Part shown: positions 1-9,220 of the stretch, one piece after another | Numbering within the stretch: the stretch's first letter is position 1 | Layout: each line of letters starts with the position of its first letter | The notes under the pieces: generated by a model | Database searches by the model: none | Told to the model about the DNA's origin: nothing | The model's input: only the letters and a program-made list of their open reading frames with translations | Assembly: GCA_038890615.1 (NCBI GenBank) | Contig: JAWAFI010000001.1 | Location: 432,843 to 496,842 of the forward strand | Source: Candidatus Anstonellales archaeon | GTDB lineage: Archaea > Micrarchaeota > Micrarchaeia > Anstonellales > J096 | Length of the DNA stretch: 64,000 nucleotides | Reading direction: 5' to 3' | Made by a program: the position numbers and the translations under genes

Positions 1-104
1 CCTTTGCCTTTTCCGTAAAATTATGCTTTTTTTGGCAAAAAAGTTTTTTTTTTGCGAGAGAGGAAAGATAGATTTAAAAGGTTTTCCCCCCTTTAAATTT
101 GATT

Positions 105-1235
105 ATGGCAACGAAGAGGAAGGAGCACGACTGCTTCCTTTCTAACAGCAAAGTTAGCAGGAAGGATAGGTTCAATGGCTTCACCCCTCTCGAAGAAGCC
201 AACATGCGCTTCGATGCCTCATGCTCGAATCTTTTCGAGAATTTAAGCGCCGCCCTGAAGGGGATCAAAAACGTTGCCCTCTACACTCCGTTAAAAGAGT
301 CCAAATCTAAATTCTCTCTTCACTATGCCTCTTCAGGCGGCGCAACCCCCACCATTGCCAATGTCATTTACCCCCACATGCAGATCCTCTACCAAAAAGG
401 GAATCAGCTTGTATCATTCGATTTTGTCAACCTTCCTGAATATAAGATCTCAGTGCACTCATTGCAGACCCCTGACAATGGGATGGAGAAGGTAATGATA
501 CCAATCATAAAGAAGAATGGGGATATTAAGGTAAAGGGCCTTCTTGTGATAGAAGGAGTAAACCTTAGGTTTGATACTTCAAAAGATTACTCTATAGAAA
601 GCCTCCTAACCTTCTTTGCGCAGGTCAGCTTCAAGCTGGGCAAGAGAATGGACCATATGAACGACATCTCTGGCCTTCCGAGGAGAACAGAGGCAACTGA
701 AGAAGACCTTGCAAACGAGTTAAGGGACTCAAGCAATACAAGCATTGTTTTCATTGACCTTAACAAGCTTAAGCTCATCAACGACACACTTGGCCACGAT
801 GCAGGAGATGAGGTAATAAGGAAAGTTGGCCAGGCGATAAAAGACAACATAATTGCATCCGAGAGCTTTGCCTACAGGTGGGGTGGCGATGAGTTTGCAA
901 TAGTGCTCAAGAATGCAGATGCAACAGCCGCCCATCATGTTGCCATGAGGATTGCAAAGGCATTTTCCCAGCAGCAGATATGGGCAAGCTTCGGCATCTC
1001 CACAGGGCAGGTTTCAAGTGTTGAGGAATTGGCAGCCCTAGTAAGGCAGGCTGATGATGCAACCTACCACTCAAAGGAACACTCAAGGGAAGGCGAAAAC
1101 TTGATTACATCAGCAGATAACGGAATGATGACAATGACAGTTGTGCCTTTTGAGAAGCCAAAGGAGCATTCACTTGACCTAAAGAAGTTCGTGCCCCTGA
1201 TAGATGAAAAGTTCCTTTCAGAAATTCCTTGCTAA
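105..1235 (+). CDS. GGDEF-domain protein (putative diguanylate cyclase) with GAF-like N-terminal region
   Basis: Motifs DISGLPRR, SIVFIDLNKLKLINDTLGHDAGD, AYRWGGDEFAIVL, ASFGIS and ADDATYHSK; ATG at 105 about 30 nt after a TTTAAAA box at 73-79. Confidence 0.9.
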   Translation: MATKRKEHDCFLSNSKVSRKDRFNGFTPLEEANMRFDASCSNLFENLSAALKGIKNVALYTPLKESKSKFSLHYASSGGATPTIANVIYPHMQILYQKGNQLVSFDFVNLPEYKISVHSLQTPDNGMEKVMIPIIKKNGDIKVKGLLVIEGVNLRFDTSKDYSIESLLTFFAQVSFKLGKRMDHMNDISGLPRRTEATEEDLANELRDSSNTSIVFIDLNKLKLINDTLGHDAGDEVIRKVGQAIKDNIIASESFAYRWGGDEFAIVLKNADATAAHHVAMRIAKAFSQQQIWASFGISTGQVSSVEELAALVRQADDATYHSKEHSREGENLITSADNGMMTMTVVPFEKPKEHSLDLKKFVPLIDEKFLSEIPC

Positions 1236-1249
1236 TACTTATCCCCCCT

Positions 1250-1588
1250 TTAAACCCCCATATTGTATAATACAAAACCCCCTATAAAGTAGGAGGCGGC
1301 ATTGCAAATTGCTGAAGCGACGAGAGCCTCATAGGGCTTCATTTTTAGCATAAGCGAGTAGAGCACAGCTTCAGCAACGGTTACCAGCATTTCGCCAACA
1401 GGCATGAAAAGCTCCCCTTTAAGGAATAATGGAAGAATAAGCCAAAGAAAAGGGAGAGTAATCGATGAAGCCAGCACCCCTGCAACGAAGATCTTCTCCT
1501 GCTTGATTCTATTTTTTAGCCAAAACTTATTGAGCAGAAAAAGGGCAGCAAGCTCTATTAGGATTGTAAGCACCAATGCCTTGAGCAT
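1250..1588 (-). CDS. small membrane protein, about 4 TM, unknown function
   Basis: 112 aa with four hydrophobic segments; 11 nt downstream of the 1600-2943 ORF on the same strand. Confidence 0.65.
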   Translation of the reverse strand: MLKALVLTILIELAALFLLNKFWLKNRIKQEKIFVAGVLASSITLPFLWLILPLFLKGELFMPVGEMLVTVAEAVLYSLMLKMKPYEALVASAICNAASYFIGGFVLYNMGV

Positions 1589-1599
1589 AAGCGATTAAC

Positions 1600-2943
1600 T
1601 CACTTGCTTAAAAAATCCTTTGCATTTTGGTTTATTACCTTTTTTCCCTTCTCAAGCTCATATTCCCAAGCATTGTCAATAAAGTGCTCTTTTACTCTTC
1701 TGTTGCTTTCAACAACCACTGCTGTCCACCTAAACTGCCTCCCCATAACAGCGCAGTGGTCAATCTGCGCCTTTAACACAAAAGCCCCTACTCCCTTGAC
1801 AAAGTCAAGGTGCTCATCTACAATTTCAGGCTCATCATAAGGTATTAAAGTGCCGTCACAAAGCTCCTTGGGCAACACCAATCCTTTGTAAAACTTGTAC
1901 TTTATGTAGTTCGGCATAATCGCATGAGGCTTTCTTTCGCTTTCTATTGCCTCCTTCTTTGCCTTTTCATAAAGCGCTAAGAACCTCTTCTTCTCTTCTT
2001 CATCCATGATTTTCCTGAACTTCTCCTTTATTTCAGAGCTAGCGCTTTTCATGCACAATGAAACATGGCATTCCCCAACTTCTTCTATCTTTATCTCCCT
2101 AAAAAGATGCTTTTCATCCTTGGAGGTTGAGCTTGCCTTCTTTACTACATATGCTTTTGATTCATAGGCTTCCTTCCCATCCTTGTAAACAGACACATTT
2201 ACGCTTTCCTCATAATCCCCGAAGCCATAGTAAGTGCGGAATATTTTTGCCAAAGCTAAAATTCCGTTCTCAGTGTCAACAGCACCGCATAGCACCCCTT
2301 CTTTGCCCAAGATTTTCACTGCCCATTCCATTCTCTCAGGCAAGGCCTTCTCCAATCCAAACTTTTTCAATATCTTATTCACCCTCTCCATCTCCTTTGC
2401 CTTCCCCTCAAGCTTATCAATTGCTTCCATCTCCTTCTTAAGCCCCTCAACAATCTTTTCTAAGCCAACTTCTTCTGTTTTTTCACATCCTATAATTCTG
2501 CTTTTCAGCAGTGCTACCCCTTCCTTAAGCGCGGATGGGCTTATAAAGTAGTTTCTTTCCCCTTTCTCCACAAACTCGCTTATTCCTAGCTCTTTTGCTG
2601 CATTTAAATATGGAGTTGGATCGTCATCTTTGCAGCAGAAGTAAGAGTCCTTCTCTTCTGGAAGCATGTTGAGAATATGGAGAAGCGCTAGCTTCTCAAG
2701 AGGCAGGAGCCCCAGCTTTTCAATTTCCCTTGCCACTACTTCATTTGCTTCCTTTCCAAGCTCAGCGCTTAACCATCCTTCCACCCCCCCTTTCAGCCAT
2801 TCCAAGTTACTTCTGTTCAGCTCCTCTAAGAGCACCTCATTCTTCTCAATTTCCTTTCTAATCCTCTCCTTTCTCTCATAAAGCCCTTCTATTTTTGGCT
2901 TTTCCCACTTCTTCTTTAAGCAGGTAGCGCCATTCTCTTTCAT
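1600..2943 (-). CDS. hypothetical protein, Lys/Glu-rich with coiled-coil segments
   Basis: 447-aa ORF with host-like composition; no recognised motif. Confidence 0.7.
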   Translation of the reverse strand: MKENGATCLKKKWEKPKIEGLYERKERIRKEIEKNEVLLEELNRSNLEWLKGGVEGWLSAELGKEANEVVAREIEKLGLLPLEKLALLHILNMLPEEKDSYFCCKDDDPTPYLNAAKELGISEFVEKGERNYFISPSALKEGVALLKSRIIGCEKTEEVGLEKIVEGLKKEMEAIDKLEGKAKEMERVNKILKKFGLEKALPERMEWAVKILGKEGVLCGAVDTENGILALAKIFRTYYGFGDYEESVNVSVYKDGKEAYESKAYVVKKASSTSKDEKHLFREIKIEEVGECHVSLCMKSASSEIKEKFRKIMDEEEKKRFLALYEKAKKEAIESERKPHAIMPNYIKYKFYKGLVLPKELCDGTLIPYDEPEIVDEHLDFVKGVGAFVLKAQIDHCAVMGRQFRWTAVVVESNRRVKEHFIDNAWEYELEKGKKVINQNAKDFLSK

Positions 2944-3036
2944 ATGCTTATATGCAATTCAAATCATTTTATTTTTAGCATTCCAATTTTTTAAAAAAGG
3001 ATAAATTTATTAAATGAAAATTATTTTATTTTAAAC

Positions 3037-4011
3037 ATGAATGAGTTAAATTCTTTTGAAAGGAAAATACTCTACGAGCTGGACTACGATGCATCAAGGT
3101 CAGCAAGCGAAATAGCAAATAGGCTTAACACATCCCCTCAGCGAGTGCTTTACGCAATAAACTCCTTCCTTAAAAAAAGGCTAATAAAGAACTTAATAGG
3201 TGTTATTGATTACAGAAAAGCAGGCTATGGAGTCCACTTTGTATACTACAACTTAAAATGGATGAAGCGAGATGAAGAAGAGAAGATGATAGCCTACCTT
3301 GACCAGAGCCCTAATGTGGGCATTGTCCTTAGGTGCGAAGGCAGGTGGAATTTGAGCATAGGATTCTTTGCGAAAAGCCTTTTCGATCTTTTGAAAGAAG
3401 TAAGGAAAGTTGAAAATCTATTTGGTGCTTATATTCTTGATTCTGCAAAGACCAGCCATTTAGGGAGCTACCATGGGCAGCGTTCTTTCCTGTGGCCAGA
3501 GAAGGAGGAAAGGAGGCGTTATATGCCTATAACCGGCTCTGAGTTACAAGCGGAAAACCTTGATGAAGTTGATTTAAAGCTCCTTTCCCTGCTTTCTAGG
3601 GATGCAAGGGCAAAAAGCGTGGATTTGGCAAAGAAGGTTTCATCCACACCTGAAAAGGTGGCTTACAGGATAAAGAAGCTCAGGGAGAAAAAAGTTCTGC
3701 AGACTGCCACATTTCTTCCTGATTATTCAATATACCCTTTCTTCCGCTATAGGGTATTGCTAAAATTCAAGAGCCTTTCGCAGGAAAAGGAGGAATCGCT
3801 GTTCTACGCCCTTGCTGCCAACAAAAATGTCCTGCAAGCAATAAAGAACTACGGCTCCTATGATATGTCTATTGACATTGAGATTGAAGACAAGAAGAAG
3901 CTAAGGGAGAACCTTCACTTAATATTAAGCCCATTTGAAGACCTCGTCCATTCCTTTGACGCTGTTTTGGTTTACGATGTGCCAAAGTTTTTTTACTTCC
4001 CTACTGTTTGA
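3037..4011 (+). CDS. tandem (duplicated) Lrp/AsnC-family transcriptional regulator
   Basis: Two HTH+RAM modules: ERKILYELDYDASRSASEIA and DLKLLSLLSRDARAKSVDLAKK...VAYRIKKL. Confidence 0.85.
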   Translation: MNELNSFERKILYELDYDASRSASEIANRLNTSPQRVLYAINSFLKKRLIKNLIGVIDYRKAGYGVHFVYYNLKWMKRDEEEKMIAYLDQSPNVGIVLRCEGRWNLSIGFFAKSLFDLLKEVRKVENLFGAYILDSAKTSHLGSYHGQRSFLWPEKEERRRYMPITGSELQAENLDEVDLKLLSLLSRDARAKSVDLAKKVSSTPEKVAYRIKKLREKKVLQTATFLPDYSIYPFFRYRVLLKFKSLSQEKEESLFYALAANKNVLQAIKNYGSYDMSIDIEIEDKKKLRENLHLILSPFEDLVHSFDAVLVYDVPKFFYFPTV

Positions 4012-5278
4012 GCTTTTCTTCAATAACCCTTTCCTTCATTAATCTGGAACGTTCTTCACTAAGCACCTTCAATCTGTTTTCAAGCATATTTACGTTCTTA
4101 GCATAAGAAGGGTCTTTCTTATTTTTCTCAACCCTATCCATCTCCTTTCTTATCTCATCCATCTCCTTTTCAACCTGCTCTATTGTATAGGCTGGTTTTT
4201 GATAGGGTATTAACTTTGCTGGAATGGATAAAGTGGTTGCTGAGAGCACCACAACTGCAGAAACTAACAAAGTATTTATTGCATTCACAAGCTTGTTCAC
4301 TAAACTTCCTTTTGAAAATCTTTGCTCAATGGTTTTTGGCTTGTGCGGTTCTTCAGTTGGATTAGATTCAGCAGGATACCATGGAGGATCACTTCTTCCT
4401 CTTTTTATAGGCCATAAGAAAAGCATTGGTGCTGATATATCTTTTATAATCTCTTTATGCACTTCAGGGTTGCCATAGCTTCCAAATATCGCGTGCCTAT
4501 ACTCTTCTTTGTTTAGAATGTTCAAGAAGTCCTTTTCCACCTCTATGTAAAGGGCTACAGGTATCTCTGGCATTACACCATCCTTCAAAAGCAAAGAGTG
4601 CTTCTCAGATGCAGCCTTTACTTTTTCAACAACAGCTTCTTTGTAGTTGCCCAAGTATTCCTTAAGCTTCTCCTTATTTCCATATAATATCCACTCATCC
4701 TCGTTAACAACCCTAAGCAGCTCTTTCGGAGTTGGGGTTGGCTTGATTATCATCAATTCTTCTTTTTTGCTTTTTTGCCAGTACCATTTTACATAAAAGT
4801 CCTTCAGCCTCTTTACCCTGAAGCCGATTCCTTCTGCCATGCTTTTTAAACTTTTGAAGTACTTCTTTGTCTTTGAAAGCCATAGGCCGCTCGCCAAGAG
4901 CTGGTGTATGTCCCCGCAGAAAAGCATGGTTAGCTTTAGGGAGCTTTTTGTGCTGCTTAATTCCTTGTCTACCTCCTGCTTCAATTCAAGGAGATGGTTA
5001 AGGGCTGCTTTGTCTGTCTCGTCAGCAACCCCTTGCTCCGTCTTTTTTGGGCCCCCCCAAAGCACTACTAACTCTATATCCTTCCCTTCTTTTATTGCAT
5101 CCTTTACCCTCTTTTCAAGCTCTTCTGGAAACGCAGGCCTATCCCTTCTGAAGCTCTGCTTCATCATAACTCTAACTACTTTAGTAGCAACATCGCTTGC
5201 TTCTTTATCAAGAAGCAGCTCTGCCTCTTTCCCCTCCTTTTTATTCAGCCTTTGCAACTCCTTTATTGCTTCCTTCAC
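4001..5278 (-). CDS. PvcA/Dit1 (isonitrile synthase)-like protein with C-terminal hydrophobic segment and coiled coil
   Basis: Pattern FRRDRP...IELVVLWGGPK...DKAALNHL...LTMLFCGDIH...LWPIKRGRSDPPWY resembles the short isonitrile-synthase-like family; family call from memory. Confidence 0.5.
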   Translation of the reverse strand: MKEAIKELQRLNKKEGKEAELLLDKEASDVATKVVRVMMKQSFRRDRPAFPEELEKRVKDAIKEGKDIELVVLWGGPKKTEQGVADETDKAALNHLLELKQEVDKELSSTKSSLKLTMLFCGDIHQLLASGLWLSKTKKYFKSLKSMAEGIGFRVKRLKDFYVKWYWQKSKKEELMIIKPTPTPKELLRVVNEDEWILYGNKEKLKEYLGNYKEAVVEKVKAASEKHSLLLKDGVMPEIPVALYIEVEKDFLNILNKEEYRHAIFGSYGNPEVHKEIIKDISAPMLFLWPIKRGRSDPPWYPAESNPTEEPHKPKTIEQRFSKGSLVNKLVNAINTLLVSAVVVLSATTLSIPAKLIPYQKPAYTIEQVEKEMDEIRKEMDRVEKNKKDPSYAKNVNMLENRLKVLSEERSRLMKERVIEEKLKQ

Positions 5279-5363
5279 AATATTATTGCCATTCCTTCTT
5301 TTTTAATCCTTTTTTTGGGGCATTCCGGAACTTTTATAAAACAACAAGGGCATTCTTATTCCT

Positions 5364-7199
5364 ATGAAGGTATTGCTTATTCATGCTGATAGCATAGAGG
5401 TTCACGTTAGGGAGAAAGCAATAAAGAACCCAGAGGAGGCGCCAATCAAGCACCTAGAGGCAAATGAAACCCTTGTGGTATTCACTGCAGTTGAGAAAGG
5501 GGATACAGCAGATACAGCAAAAAGGATGGCTAAGGACGCAGCAGAGGTTATGAGGCAGGTTAAGGCAGAGAGCTTTTTCCTCTATCCTTTAGTTCACCTT
5601 ACTTCTAACCCTGCTTCTCCATCAACAGCTCTTTCCATCCTTAATGAGTGCTCAAAAGAGCTAAGCAATTACGGCGAAGTAAAAAGGGCCCCTTTTGGGT
5701 GGTACAAGGCATATGCCTTGAAATGCAAGGGCCATCCGCTAAGCGAGCTTTCAAGGGAGTACAAAGCAGAAGGGGCAGAAGAGGTAGTTTCCCAGTCGCT
5801 AAAGAAGGAAAGCACTGTAAAATCAGAGTTTTTTGTCTTGACGCCAAAAGGCGAGCTAATAAAAGCAGATCAGTTTGACTATTCAAAATACCCAGAGCTC
5901 AAGAAGCTGGTGACTTATGAAACAAAGAAGGTCAGGTCTTATGAAAAGGAGCCGCCTCATATCGGATTGATGAAGAAGCATTGGATAAGCGACCATGAGC
6001 CAGGAAGCGATCCAGGGAACTTGAGATGGTACCCTAAAGGCAGGCTTATAAAAAAGGCTCTTGAAGAGGAGGTAACCAAGATATGCCTGAACGAAGGAGC
6101 GCTTGAGGTCGAAACCCCTGTGATGTACGACTTTGAGCACCCTTCTTTAAAGAAATACCTTAACAGGTTCCCTGCAAGGCAGTACCTTGTGATAAGCGAA
6201 GACAAGAAGCTTTTCCTAAGGTTCGCAGCATGCTTCGGCCAATTCCTTATTTCACACGACTTACCATTGACTTACAGGCACCTTCCTCTTAAGCTGTATG
6301 AGCTGACCCATTACAGCTTTAGGAGAGAGCAAAGCGGGGAGCTCGCAGGGCTGAAAAGGCTAAGGGCTTTCACAATGCCTGATATGCACACAATAGCCAG
6401 AGATATGGAGCAGGCAAAGGGCGAGTTTGCGCACCAGTTTGACCTCTGCATCAAGTGGATGGAAAGCTTAGGTTTGGAAAACGAGGTTGCTTTTAGGGCG
6501 CATAGGCAGTTTTTTGAAGAGAACAAGGAGTGGTATCTTGGCTTTGTCAGGAAGGTGAGGAAGCCGATAATGCTAGAGCTTTTTGATGAAAGGTATGCTT
6601 ACTTCATAACAAAGTTCGAGCTCAACTTCATAGATGGCATGGAAAAGGCAACTGCGCTTTCAACAGTGCAGATCGATGTGGAAAATTCAGAGACCTATGA
6701 CATAAATTTTGTTGACGAGGATGGGGCAAAGAAAAGGCCGCTTATACTCCATGCATCAATAAGCGGGGGAATAGACAGGGTTGTGTATGCTTTGCTGGAA
6801 AAGCAGGCAATGCTTATGGAGAAAGGGCAGAAAGCAATGCTCCAGCTTTGGCTGAGCCCTGTGCAGCTTAGGATAGTGCCTGTCAAAAGCGAGTACGTAG
6901 AAGATGCAAAGTTCCTGCTTAAGCGAATTGAAGGGAGGAAAGTTAGAGCTGATGTTGATGATAGGGAAGAGACGCTCTCAAAGAAGATAAGGCAGGCAGA
7001 GATGGAGTGGGTGCCTTATGTTGCTGTGTTGGGCGAAAGTGAGCTCAAGAGCGGCATGCTGAGCGTCAACGAAAGAGAAACTGGAAAAAAGCTAAGCATT
7101 TCTCTTGAAGATCTTGTTGAGCTAATAGAGAAAAAGACAGAAGGGCATGCGTTTGCCCAGCTTACATTCCCAAACCTGATGAGCAAGAGGCCTTTCTAG
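5364..7199 (+). CDS. thrS: threonyl-tRNA synthetase (archaeal type, N-terminal editing domain)
   Basis: MKVLLIHAD, APFGWYK..CKGHPLSELSR, LRFAACFG, RLRAFTMPDMH. Confidence 0.97.
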   Translation: MKVLLIHADSIEVHVREKAIKNPEEAPIKHLEANETLVVFTAVEKGDTADTAKRMAKDAAEVMRQVKAESFFLYPLVHLTSNPASPSTALSILNECSKELSNYGEVKRAPFGWYKAYALKCKGHPLSELSREYKAEGAEEVVSQSLKKESTVKSEFFVLTPKGELIKADQFDYSKYPELKKLVTYETKKVRSYEKEPPHIGLMKKHWISDHEPGSDPGNLRWYPKGRLIKKALEEEVTKICLNEGALEVETPVMYDFEHPSLKKYLNRFPARQYLVISEDKKLFLRFAACFGQFLISHDLPLTYRHLPLKLYELTHYSFRREQSGELAGLKRLRAFTMPDMHTIARDMEQAKGEFAHQFDLCIKWMESLGLENEVAFRAHRQFFEENKEWYLGFVRKVRKPIMLELFDERYAYFITKFELNFIDGMEKATALSTVQIDVENSETYDINFVDEDGAKKRPLILHASISGGIDRVVYALLEKQAMLMEKGQKAMLQLWLSPVQLRIVPVKSEYVEDAKFLLKRIEGRKVRADVDDREETLSKKIRQAEMEWVPYVAVLGESELKSGMLSVNERETGKKLSISLEDLVELIEKKTEGHAFAQLTFPNLMSKRPF

Positions 7200-7238
7200 C
7201 AGGCAAACCCTTTTAAACCCTCGTTGAGAGAGAAAAGC

Positions 7239-7652
7239 ATGGATTCATATGAGAATATGCTCAACCACCTTTATTCAGAGCTTTCTAAAGTCAAGAAGGT
7301 TATGGATGATGAAAGGTTTGAAATGCCTATTGCAGACATAACTGTTCAGGGGCAGACATCTATATTCAGGAACTTCCAGGCAGTTGCTGACAAGTTCAGA
7401 AGGAGCCCTGCTTTCTTCTCTGCTTTCCTTGCAAAGGAGCTGGGAGCTCCAGTGGAGGCTTCAGGGGATAAGCTCATAATAAAGACAAAGGTCAAGCCAG
7501 ACATGCTGAACAAGAAGCTGCTATTGTTCTTCGACAGGTTTGTAAAGTGCAGCCAGTGCAACAGGCCAGATACAGTCATGGAGATCGACCCTGTTTCAAA
7601 AGCAAAAGTGCTAAGGTGTGAATCATGCGGCGCCAAGACCACGGCCAAGTAA
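7239..7652 (+). CDS. eif2b: translation initiation factor aIF2 beta subunit
   Basis: ERFEMP, FLAKELG, Zn ribbon CSQCNRPDT...CESCGA. Confidence 0.93.
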   Translation: MDSYENMLNHLYSELSKVKKVMDDERFEMPIADITVQGQTSIFRNFQAVADKFRRSPAFFSAFLAKELGAPVEASGDKLIIKTKVKPDMLNKKLLLFFDRFVKCSQCNRPDTVMEIDPVSKAKVLRCESCGAKTTAK

Positions 7653-7969
7653 AAAAGCCACAGTTTCCGAATAGCCAATATCAGCCGGCAGGCGAGTTAA
7701 AAGTAAGGGTCCCAAAAGGCAAGGAGCTTATTGGAAAAGTAATCTCAACTCTAGGAGCTGCAAGGATGTCTGTGCTTTGCTCTGATGGAAAGGAAAGGGT
7801 GTGCAGAATACCCGGGCGCTTTAGGAAGATGTGGATAAAGGAAAGCAACATTGTGCTCGTTGTGCCTTGGGAAATAGAGGGGGATGAAAAGGGAGACATT
7901 GTATATAGGTATTCCCCTCTTGAGGCAGAAAAGCTTATGAAGCAGGGCCTGCTCAAGGGGCTTGAGTGA
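7625..7969 (+). CDS. eif1a: translation initiation factor aIF1A
   Basis: LGAARMSVLCSDGKERVCRIPGRFRKMWI...KGDIVYRY. Confidence 0.95.
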   Translation: MRRQDHGQVKKPQFPNSQYQPAGELKVRVPKGKELIGKVISTLGAARMSVLCSDGKERVCRIPGRFRKMWIKESNIVLVVPWEIEGDEKGDIVYRYSPLEAEKLMKQGLLKGLE

Positions 7970-8667
7970 TGGCAAGGGCAAGCAGGAAGAAAAGAAAGCC
8001 TAGGGAAGAAAGGCCTGAGAAGGAAAAGATTGACATTGAGAATGCGATTTTTGACAGGCAGACACTTCTCAACATAAGCTCGCTTATGCGTGCTGGTGTT
8101 TTGGACTCAGTGGAGTCATGGGTTGCAGAGGGCAAGGAAGCAGTCATACTCAGGGGCAAAAAAGGAGAAAATGATGTTGCAGTAAAGGCCTTTAAGCTTG
8201 AAACCTCGAGTTTCAGGGACAGGCAGGCCTACCTTGAGAAAGAGATTAAATTCAAGAACAAAAAAGAAGAGGTAATTCACTTTGCACGGAGGGAATTCAA
8301 GGCGCTTTCTATTGCTTCCCAGTTTTGCCATGCCCCTAAGGTTTATGGAATGAAAGGGAATGTGATAGTGATGGATTTCATAGGGGAGGAAGGCAAGCCC
8401 TATCCGCGCCTTAAGGATGCCCCGTACCTTACAGAGCAAAAGGCAGGGCTTATAACGAATGAGCTGAAGGAGCTTAAGAGAAATGGGGTTGTGCATGCAG
8501 ATGTGAGCGAGTACAACCTTCTCAACTGCCCTGATGCGCTCTATCTCATTGATTTTGGCCAAGCCGTGTTTAAAAGGCACCCGAAGTTTGAAGAATACTA
8601 CAATAGGGATTTAGAGTCATTGCAAAGGATTTTCAGCAGGTATTTAAAACAAGGCAAAATCACCTGA
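7969..8667 (+). CDS. rio1: RIO1-family Ser/Thr kinase
   Basis: EGKEAVI, VAVK, VHADVSEYNLL, IDFGQAV; follows aIF1A as in many archaea. Confidence 0.92.
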   Translation: MARASRKKRKPREERPEKEKIDIENAIFDRQTLLNISSLMRAGVLDSVESWVAEGKEAVILRGKKGENDVAVKAFKLETSSFRDRQAYLEKEIKFKNKKEEVIHFARREFKALSIASQFCHAPKVYGMKGNVIVMDFIGEEGKPYPRLKDAPYLTEQKAGLITNELKELKRNGVVHADVSEYNLLNCPDALYLIDFGQAVFKRHPKFEEYYNRDLESLQRIFSRYLKQGKIT

Positions 8668-9220
8668 GGATGCAGTAACTCTTTGCTGCAAATGAATTTG
8701 ACACCATCTGGCGCTTCCCTCCCTTCCTTATCAAAAGCCCTTTGCTTGTTTTCCTTATCACTTCAAATTCCTCTTCAGGCTTGATGTCTGCAGAGGCCTC
8801 ATCAGGATGGCCCACATAGAAAAGGAACCTCCACCTTCCTTGCCTAACCCTGTCCATATGCCTTATTATGCTGCTTTGCCTGATGCCAAGGAACCTCTCA
8901 ATCCCTTTGGTTACTTGGTAAGAAATCCCTGCTTCTGCTATGCCCTTTGCCTCCCCTACAGGAACGCCCAGCTTGTCCCTGAAAAGCGCCTCAAGCGCTT
9001 TTAGAGAGCGGTAAGCTTTATGGCCTTCCTGAACCCCTTTTTTAGTTAGGTAAAAGCCCTTGTGATGCTTCACAACAAGGTAGCGCCTTGCGCTCATCTT
9101 TGCTACCATTTCTGAAACTGATGCCTCTCTTACTCCCATGAATTCAGCAAGCTCTCCAGTAGAGACCATTGAGTTCTTCCTTTTGTGGAGCCTGTATATT
9201 GCAAGCAGGTAGGGAATCAT
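8660..9220 (-). CDS. DtxR/MntR-family metal-dependent transcriptional regulator
   Basis: YLLAIYRL..VSTGELAEFMGVREASVSEMVAK..LTKKG. Confidence 0.8.
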   Translation of the reverse strand: MIPYLLAIYRLHKRKNSMVSTGELAEFMGVREASVSEMVAKMSARRYLVVKHHKGFYLTKKGVQEGHKAYRSLKALEALFRDKLGVPVGEAKGIAEAGISYQVTKGIERFLGIRQSSIIRHMDRVRQGRWRFLFYVGHPDEASADIKPEEEFEVIRKTSKGLLIRKGGKRQMVSNSFAAKSYCILR

